From a virus (Duplodnaviria; Caudoviricetes): DNA of 34,542 nt. Position numbers and translations under genes: made by a program. Each line of letters begins with the position of its first letter. Position 1 is the stretch's first letter. The stretch is taken from positions 1 to 34,542 of IMG/VR virus record IMGVR_UViG_3300017589_000150. One strand, 5' to 3'. The notes below the pieces were generated by a model. The model had not been told where the DNA came from, ran no database searches, and saw nothing but the letters and a program-made list of their open reading frames with translations. Of this stretch, positions 7,349 through 16,494 are shown in pieces.

Positions 7349-10126
7349 CTACGCTCCCATAAGGGCAAAGCGCGTATCGTCAAAGAGTCTGCTGAATATC
7401 CTGTCCTCGTCGCTTGCGCTGTTTATATCCCCGTATATATTGACCGTAGCGCTGCTCCGTTCTCCGGCCCCGTTAATACCCTCGGCTATACTCCTGAACA
7501 CCTTGTCCGAAAGAGGTAGGACAGCTTCCCTTGTCCGCCCCTCGCCTATCATTGCCAGGGTTGGACCTGTAGGTATTCCGCCATTTGCCATCTTTGGAAT
7601 ACTATTTCCGGCATCATGCCAATCGTCTGTACCTCCAGAACCGCTGCTTGCCCCTGACAGCGCGGCCGTTAAAGCATGCACCGCTGATATTCCGATCCCC
7701 GCCGGAATCGCATTGGCGCCGAAAGTTGCAAGCGAGACATTGGCCGCTGCTGCACTCCAGGCTTTTGCCACCTTCGCTCCTGCTTTAATACTTAGTGCGG
7801 TTTGAACAGCCAGTGCGGATTCCCCGATGGCAGACTCGAGGAGAATTCCGGCTATCTTTTTTGCGTAATAATCAGCTATCACCTTAAGTATGGATTTGCC
7901 CAGGCTTTTGAATGCATCCTCTATAGATGCCGTACCAGTAAGAATGTCTGATATTGCGTTCGATATACCATTGAATCCAGCAGTGTATATATTCGCCATA
8001 AGCTCCGCTGTTGTAGCATGAGCTGCCAGTGTTGCTTCCTGCCAGAGATCCATTAATTCTTTTTGCGCCTCGTAGTAGCTAACCATGACAGCGTTTTCTT
8101 CAGAAAGGGATTCCTGCAGCATAGTAATGGAATTTTGTCTGTACGCCTCCTCGATGCCAGCCTGTATATCCCTGCACTGCTGGTAATATTCGAGTTTATT
8201 ATTCTGTAACTGTTTCCATATTTCGGCTGCAGCGGCTTCTTTTTCTAAAGCAAAGTCCAGGGACTCCTCGGTTGTTACTTTATACTGGATCCCCATAGCC
8301 TTGAGCGAATTAATAATGTTTGCTTTCTGGGCTTCTGTTCCGGAAGCATATTCGGCATTAATCTTGGAGAAATAATCTGTCGTATTTTTATAATCATCTG
8401 CGGCTTTCTGCTCCATGCCGAATATATCGGCAGCCGAACCTTTGAGCCCTCCTGATGAAAGCTTGGTCCACATTGAGGTGTATCCGTTTGATATTTCCTC
8501 AAATGTCCGTTGCTTTTCCAGTGCCTCATCGTGAATTATCTGACGCCGTTTTTCAGAGTATGTTTCCTCAAGGCGGACCATATCGCGCTGGTAATTTCCG
8601 TTGGCAGCCTTGGTTTCGTTGAGCGTGGTTATTTCATCGGAATACCACTTCTCAAGCACATCCATCTTTGTTCCCGTCATCTGGATCCATTCGTCTTCTA
8701 TACGGTCGGAAGTATCCTTGGCTTTCTCGCAGAGTGAATCGTATTCGCGCTGCTGTTTTTTCAGTGCCGCAGCCGCTGCTTTCGCGGCTTTTGCATCGGT
8801 CCCCTTTTGTACAAGCGATTCCGTCAGCTGTTTCTTTGTGTTATAGGCTTCCTGAAGCGAGTTCCGCTCTTTCATGGAGGCTATTTCTTTCTGAAGCACA
8901 TCGTCCCCGGTCTCTTTCGCCACTTCGGTCTTTGTTTTTGGTATCCAGTCCGATGCTTTTTTATTATCTGTGATGTTTTTGCCTATTTCACCGGGCTTAA
9001 GGTTTTTCATTGCTTCCCTTTGTTCCAGGAATGCGTTTGTAAGTTCATTGGCCTTTGAAATAGCTGTTCTTGTTACATTGGTATAACCAAGCATTTCGGT
9101 TATAAGGAAGCTTATCCCAAAAGTCAGTACTCCCATTTTGACCTGCATCAGAGTCATTGCGCCGATTACAAGCTTCATGTTTATCCATGCGGTATATAAA
9201 GCAGGAACAAGCCTTGCCATGTAGGCCGACGCCAGCGCTATGACACCTACTTTTAAGGAATCCGGAATAAGGGTCCTCATTGCTTCCCCGACCCCGGAGC
9301 TTTCGGCCATGCGCGTGAATTCGCTCAGGAATGCTCCTGTGTCTTTAAGGATGTCCTTGAAATCGAACGCATCGGAAAGATCGTTGCCTATTACCCTGGC
9401 AGCGCCTACGACGTTGTCCATTACTGTCGACATCAGGCCGTTCATGCTCTGGCTCTGCTTTTCCATGCCGCCTTTGAACTGCTGGTTCATTCCGTTAACT
9501 ATCGTCTCTATGGCAGCCCGGGAAGAGAGAGCTCCCTTGCTTGCAAGGGACTGAACTTCTGATATTGAAACACCTGCGGCATCAGCGAGATATTTCCATG
9601 CGTTGATACCCTGTTCAGCCATTTGCTGAATCTCTTCAGCACTGACCTTGCCTTTTGCCTGTATCTGGCCAAGAGCCCGTATAACGGACTGCATATTTTC
9701 TTCATTGCCGCCGAGTCCGCTTATCGCATTTCCGACAGATGTAAGCATAGGGATGATGCTCTCTGCCTGAAACCCATATGCCAAGAGCTGCTGTGCCGAT
9801 TTTGTTATTCCGGGCATCTGAAACGGAGTCCTGGCAGCAAAATCCGTCAGATCCTTAACCATCTTCTGGGCTGCCTCTGCCGAACCAAGCAGTGTTTCAA
9901 ATGCAATTTCAGTCTGCTCCATATCGGCGGCAAACTTAACAGCTGCAAATCCGGCGCCGACAAATCCTGCGGTGAGATATTTTAAGTGGGTCAAAGAAGC
10001 CTGGGACGCCTTCATTGCTTCCTGTCCAAATGCGCTGTTGATCTGGCGTTTTGTGGCGTTCAGTTCTTTTCTCAGGTCTGAACTGTCACCTGATATTTTG
10101 ACAAGCAGGTCTGCTACAACTGACAT
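7349..10126 (-). CDS. Tail tape measure protein
   Basis: 925 aa, helical; FETLLGS..A...FAARTPF tape_meas motif; C-terminal MANGG..GPTLAMIGE.EAVLPL. Confidence 0.95.
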   Translation of the reverse strand: MSVVADLLVKISGDSSDLRKELNATKRQINSAFGQEAMKASQASLTHLKYLTAGFVGAGFAAVKFAADMEQTEIAFETLLGSAEAAQKMVKDLTDFAARTPFQMPGITKSAQQLLAYGFQAESIIPMLTSVGNAISGLGGNEENMQSVIRALGQIQAKGKVSAEEIQQMAEQGINAWKYLADAAGVSISEVQSLASKGALSSRAAIETIVNGMNQQFKGGMEKQSQSMNGLMSTVMDNVVGAARVIGNDLSDAFDFKDILKDTGAFLSEFTRMAESSGVGEAMRTLIPDSLKVGVIALASAYMARLVPALYTAWINMKLVIGAMTLMQVKMGVLTFGISFLITEMLGYTNVTRTAISKANELTNAFLEQREAMKNLKPGEIGKNITDNKKASDWIPKTKTEVAKETGDDVLQKEIASMKERNSLQEAYNTKKQLTESLVQKGTDAKAAKAAAAALKKQQREYDSLCEKAKDTSDRIEDEWIQMTGTKMDVLEKWYSDEITTLNETKAANGNYQRDMVRLEETYSEKRRQIIHDEALEKQRTFEEISNGYTSMWTKLSSGGLKGSAADIFGMEQKAADDYKNTTDYFSKINAEYASGTEAQKANIINSLKAMGIQYKVTTEESLDFALEKEAAAAEIWKQLQNNKLEYYQQCRDIQAGIEEAYRQNSITMLQESLSEENAVMVSYYEAQKELMDLWQEATLAAHATTAELMANIYTAGFNGISNAISDILTGTASIEDAFKSLGKSILKVIADYYAKKIAGILLESAIGESALAVQTALSIKAGAKVAKAWSAAAANVSLATFGANAIPAGIGISAVHALTAALSGASSGSGGTDDWHDAGNSIPKMANGGIPTGPTLAMIGEGRTREAVLPLSDKVFRSIAEGINGAGERSSATVNIYGDINSASDEDRIFSRLFDDTRFALMGA

Positions 10127-10153
10127 AATCTCACCACCTTTATCAATAAAAGC

Positions 10154-10175
10154 AGACCGTCCCGAAGGACGGCCT
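10154..10175 (-). terminator. C(UUCG)G-loop hairpin, terminator-like
   Basis: GCCGTCC-TTCG-GGACGGT on the minus strand followed by a T-rich tract. Confidence 0.5.
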
Positions 10176-10898
10176 ATAAGTTGAATTTCTTTTTAAGATA
10201 TTCTTCGTTCTTTTGCTTTTCTTTCTCACGCGCTTTTTCAAGCTCATGTCTGCACTCATCGGAAAGCATATGTCCTACAAAGGCTCCGAGGTCTTTAAAT
10301 CTATGATCTTTATCCATAACATAATTTGTTATCGGCAAAAAGAAATGTCCGTAAAACAGGGTTTCCTGGTCTTTTCTCCATTGATAACCTTCCAGTAGCT
10401 GGTAAAAAGTGTATGGCTGCATCCGTGAAAATTCTTCCGGGGAGAGGTTCAATGCTCCGTAAGCCCAGGGTTCCGCCCAATCCAGCCAGTCCGCGAAAGA
10501 TTCTACTCGCTTTCCGGCGCTTGCGCGTTTGGGTCGTTTTTTTCTTCCTCTCCTTCTTTTGTGATTTTTCCCATTGCACGGTTAGCTGCTTCTTTTCCAT
10601 ATATGCCGCTTGCAATGATCGCACGCCCCAGTGCCATTTCAAGCGTTGAAATGTTGCCGTCTTTTTCAAGATATTCTTCTGTCATCTTCACATAATCTTC
10701 CGGAGTGGCATTGTGATAATGGTGAGCAAGTCCGACCTGACACGCCTGAAGCACAAAGACTATACCGGTCGCTCCGCCTCCTGCTGCCATCTTTGTGATA
10801 GTTGTTCCAGAGATTTTTTCGAGAAGTGCAAGGCGCTCTATATCGAAATAGACAAATTGATTAGGCGCAAAGAATTCAAAAGGGATGCTCTTTTTCAT
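10174..10898 (-). CDS. Tail assembly chaperone GT (-1 frameshift product)
   Basis: A AAA AAC at 10542-10536; the -1 frame is open (RPKRASAGKRVESFADWLDWAEPWAYGALNLSPEEF...) into ORF 10174..10452. Confidence 0.85.
10503..10898 (-). CDS. Tail assembly chaperone G
   Basis: Between major tail and tape measure genes; ends EEEKN..., typical of G proteins. Confidence 0.85.
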   Translation of the reverse strand: MKKSIPFEFFAPNQFVYFDIERLALLEKISGTTITKMAAGGGATGIVFVLQACQVGLAHHYHNATPEDYVKMTEEYLEKDGNISTLEMALGRAIIASGIYGKEAANRAMGKITKEGEEEKNDPNAQAPESE

Positions 10899-10920
10899 GA
10901 TCTATCCTCCATAAATAATT

Positions 10921-10942
10921 AAGAGGGGCCGAAGCCCCTCTT
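10921..10942 (-). terminator. C(UUCG)G-loop hairpin after the major tail gene
   Basis: AAGAGGGGC/GCCCCTCTT perfect stem. Confidence 0.65.
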
Positions 10943-10944
10943 TG

Positions 10945-11649
10945 CTATGCCGTTACAACAAGGAGCATAGTAAGCGCTGCTCCGTCGCCTGTCGTCGCTT
11001 CTATAGTGTGATTGCCGACTGCAAGAGCCCCGCACGTAGCCGACTTGACGGTCAGCGTGCCGGCTGAATAGGTGTACCCGGTGCTTATAGTTACGGCACT
11101 GCCGTCAATTTTCACTGCCGAGACGGTTGCAGAGCTCGGTGTTATCGTGAAGATTTTATCCGCCGGAGAAGCTTTGCTTACTGTAGCTGAAGCAGGCGTG
11201 ACGCTTGGTGCTCGTGCCGTAAGTTCTCCGTCGCCTTCAATGGTACCGGATAGTTCGGCTGCGCCGTCATGCGGCGTTGAGAGAGAAAAGTCCGTCAGAC
11301 CGCCCCAGCCTGTCTGGGCTGAGCCGTCCGGATAGCGAAGCCGGATGTTCACTTCTTTCCCGTTGTGAAAAGCATAATCAAGGGCCGCTATGCCGTCGTC
11401 CTGAAGTAACATCAGGCCGCCCAGGTCAATCGACCACCCGCGAAGTCCTGGTTTGCTTGATTTCCATCCGCCGCTTGTTTTATGCGACAGATCAATACTG
11501 TCCGCTGAACGGTTCAGGTCCGCGGATTTCTGTGCTCCGACCAAAGTCCATACAGGGCTGTTGACCGTGCCTGTATTTACATCAAAGAGATAATCTTTTC
11601 CCAGTGTTGCTGAGTTCTGGCTTGGATTCTCAGGAAGCGATATTCCCAT
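10945..11649 (-). CDS. Major tail tube protein (TP901-1 family) with C-terminal Ig/X2-like domain
   Basis: IDLSHKTSGGW...PGLRGWSID motif; C-terminal YTYSAGTLTVK..L..G.HT beta-sandwich. Confidence 0.9.
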   Translation of the reverse strand: MGISLPENPSQNSATLGKDYLFDVNTGTVNSPVWTLVGAQKSADLNRSADSIDLSHKTSGGWKSSKPGLRGWSIDLGGLMLLQDDGIAALDYAFHNGKEVNIRLRYPDGSAQTGWGGLTDFSLSTPHDGAAELSGTIEGDGELTARAPSVTPASATVSKASPADKIFTITPSSATVSAVKIDGSAVTISTGYTYSAGTLTVKSATCGALAVGNHTIEATTGDGAALTMLLVVTA

Positions 11650-11653
11650 ATTT

Positions 11654-12055
11654 TTAACCTCCTATATACTGGATTTTTGCTGTAAAGGTAATGACTCCGT
11701 GGAATCCCGCCTTTTCAGCCTCGTAAACTTCAACCATGTCTATATCCTGTTCCAGGCATTTGAACCCGGTGCCGGCTGCTTCCAGCTCCCATGCTGTTAA
11801 AACAGCGGCAACATCGTTGCATATCTCTTCTACTTCTTTCTTGCCCATATCACTGCTCCATATATGAAGCTCCGTAGAGGTATTGGAGATGTCTATTCCT
11901 TTTGCTCCGTCACGTTTCCATGTGAAAGAACCGAATGTTACGCAAGGAAATACCGATTCATCCGTTATCTGGTCATAAACATTGGTTGTCTGTTTCTCTT
12001 TGAGGATGTCGGATACTCCCTTATGCGCGAAACTGAAAGGAATGTGCCTTATCAT
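11654..12055 (-). CDS. Tail terminator/completion protein (DUF3168-like)
   Basis: VYD, FPCVTFG, LHIWS...GKKE, HGVI motifs. Confidence 0.85.
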   Translation of the reverse strand: MIRHIPFSFAHKGVSDILKEKQTTNVYDQITDESVFPCVTFGSFTWKRDGAKGIDISNTSTELHIWSSDMGKKEVEEICNDVAAVLTAWELEAAGTGFKCLEQDIDMVEVYEAEKAGFHGVITFTAKIQYIGG

Positions 12056-12495
12056 TTCGGCTGCACCGCCTTTTTAAGTTCCCTAATGAGCTCCGGCCTC
12101 TCCTGTTCATAGGATGGCCGGATAAATGGACGGTTGCCGCGAGCCGGAATATCGACCTTTTCGGCAAAGCGAATAACCGAGGAATCAACCGTTCGCAGGG
12201 CCTCTTTCTTTTTCGGTACGATGGTCAAAGCCTTAACGCCGAACTCAATGAGGTGGGCATGAGGGGCTTTAGCACCGAAATATCCGACACACCCTATTTT
12301 ATGGAATGACGAAAAAACTGATTTTTTAAGACCTCCCGATTGAACTGGCACACGGGATTTAGCCAGTCGGGCCATTTCCTTGACCGACCTTTCAACAGCT
12401 GCTTCAATGCGGAGCCTGGATCTCGCGTCATATGCTGAGATAGACTTAAGGGCATTCTGCAGTTCCTTATTGGATGGTTTTATATCAAGACGCAC
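12052..12495 (-). CDS. HK97 gp10-family neck protein
   Basis: VPVQSGGLKKS, HAHLIEFG, RPFIRPS. Confidence 0.9.
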   Translation of the reverse strand: MRLDIKPSNKELQNALKSISAYDARSRLRIEAAVERSVKEMARLAKSRVPVQSGGLKKSVFSSFHKIGCVGYFGAKAPHAHLIEFGVKALTIVPKKKEALRTVDSSVIRFAEKVDIPARGNRPFIRPSYEQERPELIRELKKAVQPK

Positions 12496-12817
12496 GTCGG
12501 CCTACCTCCTCAACCATAAGCCCTGTACTCTCCGCATCGGGATAATATATATTGGTTATCTTGTAGGTCTTAGCACCGTCCACAAGCTGATAACCTATCT
12601 TAATATCGTCCCTTCTGCGGATGATCACTTCCTGGGTAACTATCGAGACAGGGCCTCCTGTTTCGATCTCGGTGCTGGTCCTGGGTCTTTTAAACTCTGC
12701 CCATACTTTGCAGAGTTCAGTCAACACCTGCCCGCGCTGTGTCCTCCCGCCCTGCCCGTCGTCAGCGCTGGGAATGTACCAGATAGTCACGCGATGATTC
12801 AGCCTGCCAGGGTTCAT
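12485..12817 (-). CDS. Head-closure (stopper) protein, SPP1 gp16-like
   Basis: MNPGRLNHRVTI, DDGQGG, VWA, IRRRDDI. Confidence 0.9.
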   Translation of the reverse strand: MNPGRLNHRVTIWYIPSADDGQGGRTQRGQVLTELCKVWAEFKRPRTSTEIETGGPVSIVTQEVIIRRRDDIKIGYQLVDGAKTYKITNIYYPDAESTGLMVEEVGRRAS

Positions 12818-13143
12818 ATGTAATCACTGCATCCTTCTATGTGCGCAATGATTGCATCCACCGTGTGCTGTATCCCCGCCACGATCGTTCCCGTGACTAC
12901 GATCCCCCTGTTTTCATACCAGTGGGCAACCATAAGCTTTACACACTGCTGATACAAAGAATCTTCGGCAAGTGCGGCATAAGTCTTTTCTCCTGTTTCA
13001 CTTAAGCCTGAGAGTGCCTGTGTCTTGCTGACCTTGCCCGATATGTACTTATCTGCTGCGGACATCTGGGAGCTGATCAGGCTATCTTCATCGTTTGTAT
13101 CGACACGAAGGTATTTTTTTAAATCTTCGGTATTCAGTGGCAT
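12814..13143 (-). CDS. Head-tail connector (HK97 gp6-like)
   Basis: LKKYLRVD..DEDSLI, LMVAHWYENR; start moved to ATG 13143 after AGGAGG. Confidence 0.9.
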   Translation of the reverse strand: MPLNTEDLKKYLRVDTNDEDSLISSQMSAADKYISGKVSKTQALSGLSETGEKTYAALAEDSLYQQCVKLMVAHWYENRGIVVTGTIVAGIQHTVDAIIAHIEGCSDYI

Positions 13144-13165
13144 ACAATTCCTCCTGTCCATAAAA

Positions 13166-13193
13166 AAGAAGAAGGGCAAAAGCCCCTCTTCTT
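13166..13193 (-). terminator. Terminator-like hairpin after the capsid/Ig extension
   Basis: AAGAAG.GGGC stem followed by T6 on the minus strand. Confidence 0.55.
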
Positions 13194-13464
13194 AAGCTCC
13201 TACAGTTACCGTTACTGTAACGTTTCCGCCGTCAGCCATAACGGCTGTGAATGTTTTATCCCCGTTTGCCAGTCCGGACAGATACGCTTGTTTTATCGTC
13301 AGTATTCCGGACGCATAGGTATAGTTATTAACGTTGACAGTCGCCGCTCCAATCAACAGGCTGGACAGTACTGCTGTCGAAGGCAACACCGTAAACACTG
13401 AGTCAGCAGGCGCGGCCTTGCTGAACACAGCACTCACCGGGCTTACGGTGTTACCTATTTTTTT
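13192..13464 (-). CDS. Ig/X2-like domain appended to the major capsid protein by -1 frameshift
   Basis: CTA AAA AAA TAG at the capsid end; the -1 frame reads IGNTVSPVSAVFSKAAPAD... into ORF 13192..13437, which lacks its own SD. Confidence 0.8.
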   Translation of the reverse strand, partial: KKIGNTVSPVSAVFSKAAPADSVFTVLPSTAVLSSLLIGAATVNVNNYTYASGILTIKQAYLSGLANGDKTFTAVMADGGNVTVTVTVGA

Positions 13465-14606
13465 AGGGTCACGAGGGAGTTGATGTCCACAACCTTGCCA
13501 TCCGCAAGAATAATGGCCTTCGTGATCTGGTCATCGGTCACATTGTCCTCGTATTTTTTAACGGTCATGTTGTAATTCGTGTTGAGCACATAATCCGAGA
13601 AATCGAACAGGAAGGCCCAGACAGTCTCATCAGTAAGCCCTGATGTATACGTTGGTATGTAATTGCATAGCACCACTTCGCGTCCCAACAACGTGCGGGA
13701 AGGTTTGCCGTCAATGCCCATGTTGACGCGTGCAAGAGGCTGCCCGTCAGTACCGACTTCTGCGAGCAGCTGGCCAAACGTCTTTTTTGTCATGACCCAG
13801 ACAGCCCCGTTTTCATATTCCAGCGGCAGGGCAGCTTCGGCTTCGACAAATTTTGCATAAACCGGAGTCCCGTCAATAGCTTGTCCAGTTGCCGGAGTTT
13901 CTGAAAGAATCCCCTTTGGAGATGCGCTGCCGGCCCCGCTGATAATTGACTGCTCAAGCGCCTTGACCATTGCTTCCGCCACGTTCGACTGCAGTGCTGC
14001 TTCAAAAGCTGACAGCGCCATCGTGTCGGTTTCAAGCGATACTGAAACAGCGCAGCGCAGTTTGTAATAACCAAACGTTATGCTGCCTGTCGTTTTTTTC
14101 TGCAGCGGGCTCGTTACTCCTTCGCCGACCCATGTTGCAACAGGCTTCACGCTGGAAGTAGGGATACTTACGCCGCCTTTGTAAGCTGTACGGGTTATTC
14201 TGGACAGGATCATGCCTGTTGCTTCGATCTTCTCAATTATCTTGTTGAGGATAGTCTCGGGGATTACCGCGCCTATATCTGTTGTAAGGGTGTTGTCGCG
14301 GAGCTCCATCGGAATTTCTTTCCCCGTAAGAACATAAGACATAAACGCTCTGCGGTATTCCATCGAATCTGTTCCGAGTTTCTGTTCTTCTGTTTTCTCC
14401 GGCACTTTAAAGGGAACTGGCGCTCCGCGTACTTCTCCTATGTTGATTTTTGTTGCAATATCAAGTTTTTCCCTGATTGAACGTTCCTCGTTTTCCAGCG
14501 CTTCAAGCTCTGCCTGGATTTTCTCAAGATCCACTTCGCTGCCCGCCTGGAGCGCAGAGCGGATTTCCATTTTACGTGCGTTTATTTCCTGCAGTCTTTT
14601 TTCCAT
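13455..14606 (-). CDS. Major capsid protein, HK97 fold, with N-terminal coiled-coil delta domain
   Basis: GAVIPETI, ATWVGEG, WVM, LLGREV motifs; start moved to ATG 14606 after AGGAGGA. Confidence 0.95.
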   Translation of the reverse strand: MEKRLQEINARKMEIRSALQAGSEVDLEKIQAELEALENEERSIREKLDIATKINIGEVRGAPVPFKVPEKTEEQKLGTDSMEYRRAFMSYVLTGKEIPMELRDNTLTTDIGAVIPETILNKIIEKIEATGMILSRITRTAYKGGVSIPTSSVKPVATWVGEGVTSPLQKKTTGSITFGYYKLRCAVSVSLETDTMALSAFEAALQSNVAEAMVKALEQSIISGAGSASPKGILSETPATGQAIDGTPVYAKFVEAEAALPLEYENGAVWVMTKKTFGQLLAEVGTDGQPLARVNMGIDGKPSRTLLGREVVLCNYIPTYTSGLTDETVWAFLFDFSDYVLNTNYNMTVKKYEDNVTDDQITKAIILADGKVVDINSLVTLKK

Positions 14607-14683
14607 AATATATTCCTCCTGTAGTTTTATTTTTTGCCGCACCATCCGGCGCGTCGCCGTCCTATCCAGAAACGGCAATAAAA

Positions 14684-14701
14684 AAACACCCGAAGGTGTT
14701 T
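14684..14701 (-). terminator. C(UUCG)G-loop terminator between protease and capsid genes
   Basis: AAACACC-TTCG-GGTGTTTTTT on the minus strand. Confidence 0.6.
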
Positions 14702-14704
14702 GAT

Positions 14705-15292
14705 TTAAAGGTATGTAGTTATGATCAGCCGTCGTTTTCTTGTTTCAAGTTCTGCTTTCAGCTTTTCTTCAATTTCTTTTTGCGCGCTGAAATAGCTCCT
14801 CACTGAGATAGTTGCTTTGTCGTAGGCAGGAAAATCTACCGCCGAAACATCGCCGATTCGTTTTATTTTTTCGATTATCCGCGTTCGGGTTTGTACATCA
14901 TAACTGTCTCTCTCAACTAAAAAGGCAAAGCTCATCTTGTCTACGTCCTTGCGCTTTATGAGCTCATACAAATCTCTTCCCGCTGTTGTTTTGGCAAGAT
15001 TAGCAGTTATTTTCAACCCACCGTCGTCAACAACCAAAGACAGTGTTTTATTACGAGTGCGGGCCATCACCATAACGTTGTCGCTGTGGTTGTATTTGAA
15101 GGGTACATCCGTCATGTCGGCACCGTTCAGCGCTCCTCGTTTGATTACTTCGCTGTACTTTATTCCGTCGCATTCAAAAATAACTGTCGGAGAGTCATAA
15201 ACCACAGGATTTCCGAACACGATTAACTCGCCGTCATTCTGCTCCGTCATCCGCAGTTCCGTCATCCTTGTTTCCATTTCCGCTTTCTGCAT
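14705..15292 (-). CDS. Prohead protease (HK97/S78)
   Basis: YNH, ART..TLSL.VD..GL, MSFAF, DVSAVDFPAY; start at ATG 15292 after AGGAGG. Confidence 0.93.
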   Translation of the reverse strand: MQKAEMETRMTELRMTEQNDGELIVFGNPVVYDSPTVIFECDGIKYSEVIKRGALNGADMTDVPFKYNHSDNVMVMARTRNKTLSLVVDDGGLKITANLAKTTAGRDLYELIKRKDVDKMSFAFLVERDSYDVQTRTRIIEKIKRIGDVSAVDFPAYDKATISVRSYFSAQKEIEEKLKAELETRKRRLIITTYL

Positions 15293-16490
15293 CGTCATCC
15301 TCCTCTCCAACCTGATATTTGTTAGCTTTGGCCGAGTCAACATAATTCAGAGACACAAGCCTTTTTTCCCCGTCCTCGACAGGGCCGAGGTTGAATATTT
15401 CCCTGCCTTCGTTTATCTTCAGCAGGCCAAGCGGCGAAAGTTCCTTGATAAGGCTTATCTTTGTCTTTGCGCTTGCATACTGCAGTCTGTTTGCTTCAAA
15501 AAGGATCTCGTTCCCATGCCCCTGCTCCCTGTCTGTGAAGCATTTTGACGTAAATTCAAGGCTTAACTGTATAGCTATCGGTTCAAGGGCCGATTCATAG
15601 AACGCATTCCATTCATCCTCGTTGTAATTGGCCTGGATGATTTTTTCATTTACACCGAAATATCTGTACGCATTCTGACGTGCAATCTCCATCTGCTCGG
15701 AGTCGGCCATCATCGATTTGGATTCAAGCGGCGTAAAATCCGCTTTGGCATCCAGGGCGGCTATACCTCCATCGTTGTTTATACCCATGTAGTCCGCGAC
15801 GAAATCGTCTTTCTGTTTTTTCAAATCCTCCGGGCGTAAGGTCGATGTGAATTTCATAAAGCCCCGAAGCCTTGCGCTGGATTTTATGGCGTTGACTATG
15901 CCCTGGTTGATGGTGTTTATAAGCGTCTGCGTAGGCTTATACGCTTTCCGGCCGTCTTCGCCGAAGATGTCGTCCCTGCAGAAGTGCCGCCTAAGATGGA
16001 TAAGGTCTGTATAAGGAACAGTCATTCTGAATCCAGTTTTGAATGAGAATCTGCAGTACAGCTCACCCTGGTATTCAACAAGCTCGACAGTGGAAAAGTT
16101 TATCGGGAAAAAACCGGTAATCATTCCCTTAACCGTCTGGATGTAGATAAATGCGTTGTTGTTGCTGTACAGCTGGCTGACGGTCTTGTAAATGAAATCG
16201 TACGCGTTCATATAAGGATTGGGCCTTATCTGCAGCAGCCTCTCAAGGTTCGAGTTAGTATTTATTATGTCGCCGTTTATCCGCCTTATATGTTTGGGTT
16301 TAAGTTTGGCCGCGTTCCTTGCGACCGCGTCTATGCATGTGCGGCCGATATCGGAGTCGTAAATTTCATCCCCTGAATCCGTGAATACCGGGACAAAATC
16401 GTTGAGCATCCTGTAATAGGTCGTTGTCTGCGGTGGCTTTTTGCCGCCGAAAATACTGGTTATCATGCTGCGGATTTCCGTTTTACTCAC
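15234..16490 (-). CDS. Portal protein, HK97 family
   Basis: LLQIRPNPYMNAYDF, IHLR, NEGREIFNL. Confidence 0.95.
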   Translation of the reverse strand: MSKTEIRSMITSIFGGKKPPQTTTYYRMLNDFVPVFTDSGDEIYDSDIGRTCIDAVARNAAKLKPKHIRRINGDIINTNSNLERLLQIRPNPYMNAYDFIYKTVSQLYSNNNAFIYIQTVKGMITGFFPINFSTVELVEYQGELYCRFSFKTGFRMTVPYTDLIHLRRHFCRDDIFGEDGRKAYKPTQTLINTINQGIVNAIKSSARLRGFMKFTSTLRPEDLKKQKDDFVADYMGINNDGGIAALDAKADFTPLESKSMMADSEQMEIARQNAYRYFGVNEKIIQANYNEDEWNAFYESALEPIAIQLSLEFTSKCFTDREQGHGNEILFEANRLQYASAKTKISLIKELSPLGLLKINEGREIFNLGPVEDGEKRLVSLNYVDSAKANKYQVGEEDDDAESGNGNKDDGTADDGAE

Positions 16491-16494
16491 CTCC

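Noticed and set aside
10310-10669. 119-aa ORF overlapping the tail chaperones
   Set aside because: It is the +1 frame; the -1 frame is the one joining the GT-like ORF.
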